This document shows positions 55,702 through 64,000 of a DNA stretch of 64,000 nt, piece after piece. How positions within the stretch are numbered: the first letter of the stretch is position 1; each line of letters opens with the position of its first letter. A program made the translations under genes and the position numbers. The stretch comes from Paraspadella gotoi. Its lineage: Eukaryota; Animalia; Chaetognatha. A model generated the notes under the pieces. It saw only the letters and a program-made list of their open reading frames with translations. It ran no database searches and was not told the DNA's origin. The stretch covers positions 4,906,152 through 4,970,151 of the forward strand of contig CM119270.1 in NCBI GenBank assembly GCA_051294375.1, in the 5' to 3' direction.

Positions 55702-55800
55702 CTCTCGGATATACTTTTGAATTCCCTCGACGCCAAACGATCGAATGACGAACCAAAGTTTTAAAGATCGAAATCGTCGACTCAACGCGATGCTCCAATT
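55702..55800 (-). CDS. Tdc: Tyrosine decarboxylase exon (copy 2), 99 nt
   Basis: ccccag|[33 protein letters not shown]|gtaagg. Confidence 0.95.
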
Positions 55801-56028
55801 CTGGGGATGATATATTTCAAATTGTTATATTAATTATAAAATTTAGTTTTATATAGTAAATCGAGCAATATTTATGCATAAAAATAATTTAACGATTGAC
55901 CTTGCTGCATCCTTGAACAACTGCAATACCAACAGTGGCCCTCAACCATGGTGAGGCTCATGGTGTCCGCAGCTTTGACCACGAGAAAAAAAAAAGACAA
56001 TAACGAAAAAATCCATTTTATAACTTAC

Positions 56029-56048
56029 TCTGTAGTCGATTGCTTTGT
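56029..56048 (-). CDS. Tdc: Tyrosine decarboxylase 20-nt micro-exon (copy 2)
   Basis: tatag|AC AAA GCA ATC GAC TAC AGA|gtaagt = (D)KAIDYR; bridges phase 1 to phase 0 exactly. Confidence 0.9.
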
Positions 56049-56185
56049 CTATAGTCCGCCAGCAAAAAGATAAAAAGGACATAATATTGAACAAAGACTA
56101 CAGTTTATAAACTTTTAAGCGAGAATATGAACTTAAAATTGACGTCGATTAAAAATAACAATTAATTGTTTTCGTTAAGTCGTAC

Positions 56186-56256
56186 CTTCGAAATTGTGTT
56201 TAAGATAAAGAGGTTCCACAGTCATTGCTGACAACAACTGATCGCGGTCCGACACC
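56186..56256 (-). CDS. Tdc: Tyrosine decarboxylase exon (copy 2), 71 nt
   Basis: catcag|(W)VSDRDQLLSAMTVEPLYLKHNFE|gtacg; phases match the neighbouring exons. Confidence 0.92.
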
Positions 56257-56345
56257 CTGATGTAAAAATTGGTAATATCACTTTCATAATCAATTTACTA
56301 GTGCTTATTTTCAATTACTCTTTTAGCATATTATGACTTTCTTAC

Positions 56346-56421
56346 CACATGCAGGATGCATCGAAATTGACGAGCATCCACTTGTTGGGGTTAAAGTTAA
56401 AAGAGTTGGCGTCTTCCAGAC
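56346..56421 (-). CDS. Tdc: Tyrosine decarboxylase exon with PLP lysine (copy 2), 76 nt
   Basis: ctcag|(G)LEDANSFNFNPNKWMLVNFDASCM(W)|gtaag. NPNKW is the TDC-type motif (DDC has NPHKW, HDC has NPSKW). Confidence 0.95.
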
Positions 56422-56493
<72 letters not shown>

Positions 56494-56619
56494 ATTGATT
56501 CCCATACAATCTCCAAGAGGCGTAACTTAATTGCCCGCACCAAATTTCAAGAACGCTGTCCCCCCCGACGCCCCGTCCCCGTAGTCCCCTGCCCTTCCCC
56601 ACCCTATCCAAAGGATCAC

Positions 56620-56773
56620 CGTGGGCGAGGTGCTGGAACTCCGGGCAGACAAAAGCGCTGCCCGCGTAGGCGGCGTCCACGTGCAGCCAGACCCCTTCCT
56701 TCTTGCAGACGGGTCCGATCTCGGCGAGGGCGTCGAAGGAGCAGACCGCCGTCGTGCCGAGAGTCGCGCACAC
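56620..56773 (-). CDS. Tdc: Tyrosine decarboxylase exon (copy 2), 154 nt
   Basis: caag|VCATLGTTAVCSFDALAEIGPVCKKEGVWLHVDAAYAGSAFVCPEFQHLAH(G)|gtgatc; contains TLGTT and WLHVDAAYAG motifs. Confidence 0.95.
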
Positions 56774-57342
56774 CTTGAATCGATTGATTGATTGATTGAA
56801 TTGAACGATTAAATGATTGATTGGCTTATTGGCACATTTACTCGATCGAAAAAAATGCTATTTTTTTATTAATTATAATTTTTTTTTAATATCTATCTTT
56901 TTCTCAGTGATCGACAGATAAATCTTCTATTAAATTAATTGATATGCGATTGATATATTAATTCATAGATTCAATTATTCAAGTATGCTTTGAAAATTGA
57001 TTTATTAATTATATGCGTTTTATTTCGAATTCTACAAGGTTGATTCAGTACATACGTGAGCATCAAAAAAATCTAAGACAAAAGACAAAACAAAGATTGA
57101 GTAAAAAAAAAAAACTACCACCATAGACACAACGAGGGAAAAAGTTGGATCGATTGGATTTTTTGAAATTGGTTCGACCATTTTAATAATTATATACTTT
57201 ATTGAATAAATGAGGTGTCTTGCCCTCGGCTTTGGACAGACAGATTACTTGATTATTATTATTATTAATGAATTTTTATTATTATTATTTGATATATTTA
57301 AAAGATGAGTAAATGAATTGATTAAAGACTCGCTCGACTCAC

Positions 57343-57486
57343 GAAGAAAGGGACCAGCCCCAAGTTCCGGTCCTCCTCGATGGCTCTGGCCAACGTTTTT
57401 CCCCGCAACGAGAAATCATCGTCGGTTTCCAGCATCCGGAGTTTCACCATCGCCAACATCCCCGCCTTCTCCACGCACGAGTGGGA
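57343..57486 (-). CDS. Tdc: Tyrosine decarboxylase exon (copy 2), 144 nt
   Basis: cctcag|SHSCVEKAGMLAMVKLRMLETDDDFSLRGKTLARAIEEDRNLGLVPFF|gtgagt; group II PLP decarboxylase, closest to invertebrate TDC as I recall those sequences. Confidence 0.93.
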
Positions 57487-57530
57487 CTGAGGGCGAAAGA
57501 GGGGCNNNNNNNNNNNNNNNNNNNNNNNNN

Positions 57531-57600
57531 CCGACCCAACCCGACCCAACCCGACCCAACCCGACCCAACCCGACCCAACCCGACCAACCGACCCAAACC
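57531..57600. repeat. (CCGACCCAAC)n decamer just upstream of a Tdc acceptor
   Basis: About 6-7 units abutting the gap. Confidence 0.9.
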
Positions 57601-57621
57601 CGCCCCTCTTTTCGCCCTCAG

Positions 57622-58640
57622 CTCCCCACTCGTGCGTGGAGAAGGCGGGATGTTGGCGAATGGTGAAACTTCCGGGAATTGCTGGAAAACCGACGATGAT
57701 TTCTCGTAGCGGGGGAAAAACGTTGGCCAGAGCCATCGAGGAGCGACCGGTGGAACTTTGGGCTGGTCCCTTTCCTTCGTTGAGTCGAGCGAGTCTTATT
57801 CAATTCATTTTTACTCATCTTTTAAATATTATCAAATAATAATAAAAAAATTCATTAATAATAATAAAACAAGTTAATCTGTCTCTGTCCAAGCCGAGGC
57901 AAGACACCTCATTTATTCAATAAAAGTATATAATTATTAAATAGCAACCAATTTCAAAAAACCAATCGATCCAACTTTTTTCCCTCGTTGTTGTCTATGG
58001 GGAGTTTTTTACTCAATCTTTGTTTGTCTTTTGTCTTAGATTGCTCACGTATGTACTGAATCAAACCTGTAGAATTTCGGAAATAAAACCATACTAATTA
58101 ATAAATCAATTTCAATAGCCATACTTTGAATAATTGAATCTATGAATTAATATATTCAATCGCATTATCAATTAATTTAATTAGAATATTTACTGTCGAT
58201 CTACTGGAGGAAAAAGGATAGATATTAAATAAAAATATAATTAATAAAAAAATATGCATTTTTTTTTTCGATCGAGTAAATGTGCCAATAAGCCACATCA
58301 AATCATTTAATCGTTCAATCCAATCAATCAATCAATCGATTCAAGTTCGTGCGCGACTCTCGGCACGACGGCGGTCTGCTCCTTCGACGCCCTCGCCGAG
58401 ATTCGGACCCGTCTGCAAGAAGGAAGGGGGTCTAGGCTGCACGTGGACCGCCGCCTACGCGCAGCGCTTTTGTCTGCCCGGATTCCAGCACCTCTGCCAC
58501 ACGCGTAGTCCTTTGGATAGGTGAGAGGAGGGCAGAGGGAACTACAGGGGAACGGGGCGTCGGGGGGGGACAGACGTTCTTGAAATTTGGTTGCGGGCAA
58601 TTTAAGTTACGCTCTTGGAGATGTATGGGAATCAATTGCG

Positions 58641-58674
<34 letters not shown>

Positions 58675-58688
58675 CTCTCTTCTCTCTC

Positions 58689-58720
<32 letters not shown>

Positions 58721-60722
58721 CAGGTCTGCGAAGGACGCCAACTCCTTTTACTTTAACTCCCAACAAGTGGATGCTCGTCAATTTCGATGGCATCCTGCAT
58801 GTGGTAAGAAAGTCATAAAATATGCTAAAAGAGTAATTAAAATTAACATAGTAAATTGATTATTGAAAGAGTGATATTACAATTTTTACATCAGGGTGTC
58901 GGACCGCGATCAGTTGTTTGTCAGCGAATCGACTGGTTGGAACCTCTTTATCTTAAAACACTAATTTTCGAAGTACGACTTTAACGAAAATAATAATAAT
59001 AATTTTTATCGACAGTACTAAAAAGCAGTAATTTAAGTTCATATTACTCGCTTAAGAGGAAAGGTCATTCAGCCATAACAATACGTAATTCATGATGTTG
59101 TTAGTAGCTAATATACGAGAAATACATTATAGTCATCAGTAATCACAAAAAAAATAAGTTTCTTATTTATATGTAAACATTCCGTTTTCAATAATTTTTT
59201 TTAAATGGGGTATAATAACAAAATGTTAAGTTAAATGGGTAAGCCACCATTTTTTAAAGATTTGTTTTTCAACTCTGGTTGTTTAAAAATTCTAAGGTAA
59301 GAAGTTAAAAGCACGGTTATGGGATAGTTAGGTAAGGGGAGAATTAAGCAATTAATCTCGTTACTATGTTGGTTTTCCATCATGAACAAAATTCTTCAGT
59401 TAAAATAGGATGGTAAAGAAATTTCGAGCTACAATGAATCTACACTGAATTGTAAGAGTTCAGCCTAAACGACTGCAAGAATATTAAATTAAAAATGGGT
59501 TGATTACAATCTTAAAAACATTTGTAAAATGTAATAAGAGAGACATTTTGATAAACGCGTTCCAGTTAGAAAGAATTCAGCGGTTAAAGCTTAAAAAACG
59601 TTTTCATTTTTCAAGGATACAAGTTTGAAATTTAAAAAATGTCTCTCTATTTAACCATTTTTCAAATTTCAGTAATAAAATTCATAAAAAAAATATCAGG
59701 TGGATTGGCCTTTTTCGTTTGACCTGCAACTTCTTCAGATAGGTTTCTTTTATTTATTATTATAATTAAAAACGCCCAATATACAAATGGGGTAGAATTC
59801 ATCAAATGCTTAAAGCTGAATACATTTTCGGAATCCGCCAGGAGCTCAGCTTTTGATTTGTAACCCATTTTAAACCTATTTTTAAAGTTGAATTGATATG
59901 ACCCTTTTTCTTTAAAAGTTTATAAACTGTAGTCATTTGTTCAATATTATGTCCTTGTTTATCTTTTGCTGGCGGAACTATAGACAAATGCCAAGTCGAC
60001 TACAGAAGTAAGTTATGATAATGGGATGTTTGTCGTCTATTGTCTTTTTTTTCTGTGGTCAAAGCTGCGGAACCATGGAGCCTCACCATGGTTTAGGGCC
60101 AACTGGTATGCGTATTGCAGATTGTTCATAGGATGACTAGCAAGCGTACAATCGTATTAAATTATTTTTATGCATAAATTTTGCTCGATTTGACTTAGTA
60201 TAAAAACTAAATTTATTAATTAATATAACAATTTGAAATATATCATCCCCAGAGATTGGAAGCATCGCGTTGAGCGACGATTTCGATCTTAAAACTTTGG
60301 TTCAGTCATTCGATCGTTTGCGTCGAAGGGGGAAATTTTCAAAAGTATATCCGAGAGGTAAAGCGTTCGGAAAGAAGGTTTTAGATAACTATGTAATAAC
60401 ATACGCTAAAAAAAAATTAGTATGATATTTGGAGAAAATCTGTTAGTACAAAAAGGACAACATTAATTTGTGATATATGCGTGGGACCTTCTTCTTTTCT
60501 TCTTCCCTTTAATCGTTCGGTTGATTCTTTAAAACTCTCTCAAGTTGATTTTAGTCTAAATTTTTTTTTTTATTATATTTTTTATATTTCTATCCTTTGT
60601 TCAGCACGTGAGATTGGCAAAAGATTCGAGGCTTAACGTCACGAAAGATCCCAGATTTCAAGTTTTAGGAAAGTTACTATGCGACTCGCTGCTTCAGATT
60701 ACAGGTGGCATCTCTCTCTAAA

Positions 60723-60805
<83 letters not shown>

Positions 60806-63448
60806 GTCTCTATATTCATTTCTTCGCCATCCAAAGGGGCCCAAATATTTGAGCGAGCAAACCTCCGTTGTGACGACAACGATTCTGTGCTGAACTTCAC
60901 ATGATCCCGGCTTTCACTCAAGCGGCACGTATATCATCAGGTGACTTGTTTGAACTATCCGTTAATGATAAACAATGTTTCAAACTCTATTCGCATCAGG
61001 CAATGTTTGTACTGATGTGCACAAATTAAACGTATCATTGTAATGGAATTTTAGTTTCCAATTTCAGAGAGTCGTCTTGCCTTTTGCAAATTCGGTTTCT
61101 GCATCTGCAATCAAAAATTGCTTTACAAACGCAGACGTTGACTCACGCGGGTGGAAACATCGTCACTAAATACGCTCACCGACCTCCACAGGCTAAAAGA
61201 CAAAATAATTTTGCATTAAAATATATTATAAAAATCTTTAACGTAAAATGTACGGTTTGTTTTATAGGTTCCAACGTCAAGAGAATAAAAACGGTTACTA
61301 TTTTCCGAAAGTTGCCCATTTCTGCTCCTACTCCCTAACACTTATTTTTAACCCTGCCAAATTTACTTTTTTAATCTATATCAGATAACTCTAATCTCAA
61401 ACCGTAATACCATCTTAATGCAAACCCTATTCTGAATACCTAACTTTATCCCGTCACCCAAAAACTAAATCCTTATCCAAATCTCAAACCAAATCTTAAC
61501 CTAATCCTCGACTCTATCCCTAGCTACCCTTCATCCCTAACCCTAAACCCTATTATGTCAACTTAAAAATCTACTTAATTTTAAATTTAACTTTTAAAAA
61601 AATGTGCCCCATTTTTAAAGTGATCTTGATGTTAAATAAACCTTTGTTAATTTTACCACTTTCCTTTCCCCTCTTATCCCCTCTCCTCTTTCTCAGGTCC
61701 TCCGTGAATACAACAAGAACAACAAGAACACATTTCTAATTTACCATTACCACTTTTCCTTTCCCCTCTTTATTCCCCTCTCATCTTTCTCGAAGGTCCT
61801 CGTGCATACAAACAAAAGAACAGACGAACTTCATTTTATATTACCATCTTTCCTTTCCCCTCTTTTATCCCCTCTCCTCTTTCTAAGGTACTCCGTGAAT
61901 ACAAAAGAACCAAAGAAACACATCTTTAATTACCATCTTATCCCCTCCCCTCTTTATCCCCTTCTCCTCTTTCTAACGGTCCTCCCTGAATAAAACCAAG
62001 AACAGAAGAACTCATCTAATTTACCATCTTTCCTTTCCCCTCTTATCCCCTCTCCTCTTTCTAAGGCTACTCCATGAATACAACAGAACAAAGAACACAT
62101 CTTTAATTTTACCATCTTCCCTCCCCTCTTTATCCCCTGCTCCTCTTTCTAAGGTCCTCCCTGAATAAAACAAAAACAGATACTCATCTTAATTTACCAG
62201 TCTTTCCTTTTCCCACTCTTTATTCCCCTCTCCTAATTCTAGGTTACTCCGTGAATACAACAAGAACAAAGAACACATCTTTAATTTACCATCTTCCCTT
62301 CCCTTCTTTATTCCCCTCTCCTCTTTCAAGGGTCCTCCTGTGAATACAACAGAACAAAGAAACACTTCTTAATTACCATCTTTCCCCTTCCCCTCTTTAT
62401 CCCTCTCCTTATTCTAAGGTACGTTCCGTAGAATTAACAAAACAAGAACAAAGAACACATCTTAATTTTTACCATCTTTCCCCTCCCCTCTTTATTCCCC
62501 TCTCCTCTTTCATAAGTCCTCCTGTGATACAACAAGAACAAAGACACATCTTAATTTACCATCTTTCCCTTCCCCTCTTTTATCCCCTCTCCTCTTTCTA
62601 AGAGTCCTCTGTGGAATGCAACAAGAACAAAGAACACATCTTTATTTACCAACTCTTTCCCTTCCCCTCTTTATCCCCTCTCCTCTTTCCAAGGTCCTCC
62701 GTGAATACAACAAGAACAAAGAACACATCGACCGACGAGGGAATCCATCCACAATTCGATGGGACGATTACGCGCAGGACGAAGTCGACGACGGACGTCT
62801 TCCTTTCAGACATTCGAGATCATGTCGCCAAAGATCGATCCAAAGCGGAGGCAGTTCGTGAGGATGACCTTCTGACCCTTAAGATTCACTTTGCGCCGCA
62901 GTCTCGCTGTGGGTGGGGAGGCGGAGAGAGAAAGAGAGAGAGAGAGAGATCATGTCTCCAAAAGATTCGATCCAAAGCGGAGGCAGTTGTGAGGATGACC
63001 TTCTGACTCTAAGATTCACTTTGCGCCGCAGGTGGGAAGAGAAAACAGGAAAAAGAGAGAAAGATGAGAAGAGAGATTTGTTGCCAAAGATCGATTTCAT
63101 AATTGGAGGCAATTTTGTTAAGGATTGATTTCTGGACCCTTAGATTCATTTTCGCGCCCCCACCGCAAGTGGGCGATGAGCAGAGAGAGAGAGAGAGAGA
63201 AGAAAGAGAGAGAGATATCATGTCTGCCCAAAGATCGATCCAAAGCGGAGGCCAGTTCGTCAGGGTTGACCAGTGACCCTAGATTCACTTTTCGCCGCAG
63301 GTGGGGCAGACAATAGATTTTTTGTTCTTAAAATCAAAAATTAAAAATACTTTCCAAGGGTCGCAAATTTGGTACGAGCGCGCTTCCAACCCGCAACCGC
63401 ACGAGCCGGAGACAGCACTCCCGATTCTGTTGCAACGCCCGACCATAG
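57622..63448 (+). CDS. Tdc: Tdc copy 3 (inverted noisy duplicate)
   Basis: Reverse complement of 54380-57505 plus 44900-46440, e.g. 58724-58803 GLxDANSF..PNKWMLVNFD and about 60251-60357 [15 protein letters not shown]. Confidence 0.8.
59056..59911. mobile_element. Non-autonomous DNA transposon with TTAA TSD (Kolobok/T2-MITE-like)
   Basis: TTAA at 59052-59055 and 59912-59915; imperfect TIRs gaggaaaggtcat.../...atgaccctttttct. The empty site (ctcgc TTAA aagtttat, reverse strand) is seen at about 56105-56123 in Tdc copy 2. Confidence 0.75.
61647..62729 (+). repeat. Tandem array (~12 x ~88 bp) of the Tdc 3' splice site plus first 12 codons
   Basis: Consensus ttaatttaccatctttcccttcccctctttatcccctctcctctttctaag|gtcctccgtgaatacaacaagaacaaagaacacatc; first AG at 61695-61696, last at 62692-62693. 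Confidence 0.92.
62815..63306 (+). repeat. Same donor-containing array, 4 units (copy 3)
   Basis: Units end near 62901, 63031, 63168 and 63300 with ...ccgcag|gtggg (first and third are noisy). Confidence 0.88.
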
Positions 63449-64000
63449 CAGGTCTTGAACCGTATGCGAAGGTTTTTAATCGGACTTAATATTTAATCAA
63501 GGTGTCCCCATGAATGATTTTATTAATAAAGCGAAGGAAGACGTTATATTATTGCACCATAGACTGTCCAGCGAGGTCAACTATGAAACAATTTTTTGAA
63601 AAAGATACAGCGCTAAAAAACGAAACGAATTTCACACATATAATTAGTTGTACCTATTTTAAAAAATTCAGCTACCATCTCTATTTTCATGCCAATGCGG
63701 AGAGAGTACAATATAGAATTCGCCTGATCTAATACTTTTCATATAATTAAAAAATTATTTGAAATATATGCCACTTCATTTGATAGGGATGTTGAGGACC
63801 TGTTGAGAGCTCAGGACCTGCTAAGTCCATTATCTTAAACCTGACTGGCCATTATCGGCTTAAGAGTGATGGAGGCCAAAGTATATAATTTATATGGTTG
63901 TAAGCCAATTTCATTTAAACTTTTGTTTTCTTCTACTATTAGTGCTCGATCTGCGTCGCCGTCATGCCGTTCCTCCGCCCGACACCTCCGCCGTCGGCCC

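Larger units (their letters stand above)
44895..64000. repeat. Inverted duplication centred on the 25-N gap 57506-57530
   Basis: 57602-61730 is the reverse complement of 54380-57505; 62694-64000 is the reverse complement of 44895-46437. Confidence 0.9.

Noticed and set aside
55890-55985. GC-richer island in a Tdc intron as an extra exon
   Set aside because: The micro-exon and the next exon already join in frame, there is no decarboxylase similarity and no clear acceptor.

Overview
AT-rich, microsatellite-dense genomic DNA from an intron-rich invertebrate animal; no prokaryotic features, rRNA, intact tRNA genes or CRISPR were found. It looks like a draft scaffold patched with noisy long reads. 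Six gaps of exactly 25 N mark junctions between duplicated segments, and about 14.7-22 kb and 50.8-54.3 kb read like insertion-riddled raw reads. Recognisable genes: (1) calmodulin, two clean minus-strand exons at 1754-2418; (2) an aldo-keto reductase hidden by frameshift noise at about 14.8-16.2 kb (-); (3) the 3' half of a tyrosine decarboxylase (Tdc; NPNKW PLP-lysine motif), present three times (45.4-50.7 kb -, 54.4-57.5 kb -, 57.6-63.4 kb +). The three Tdc copies differ by transposon insertions and repeat copy number. The most unusual structure is that both splice junctions of one Tdc exon are tandemly amplified: about 12 copies of [polypyrimidine tract-AG + first 12 codons] before it, and 4-6 copies of [last ~28 codons + GT donor + GA spacer] after it. 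Nested giant inverted duplications cover about 18.5-41 kb and 45-64 kb and are probably mostly haplotype or assembly artefacts.
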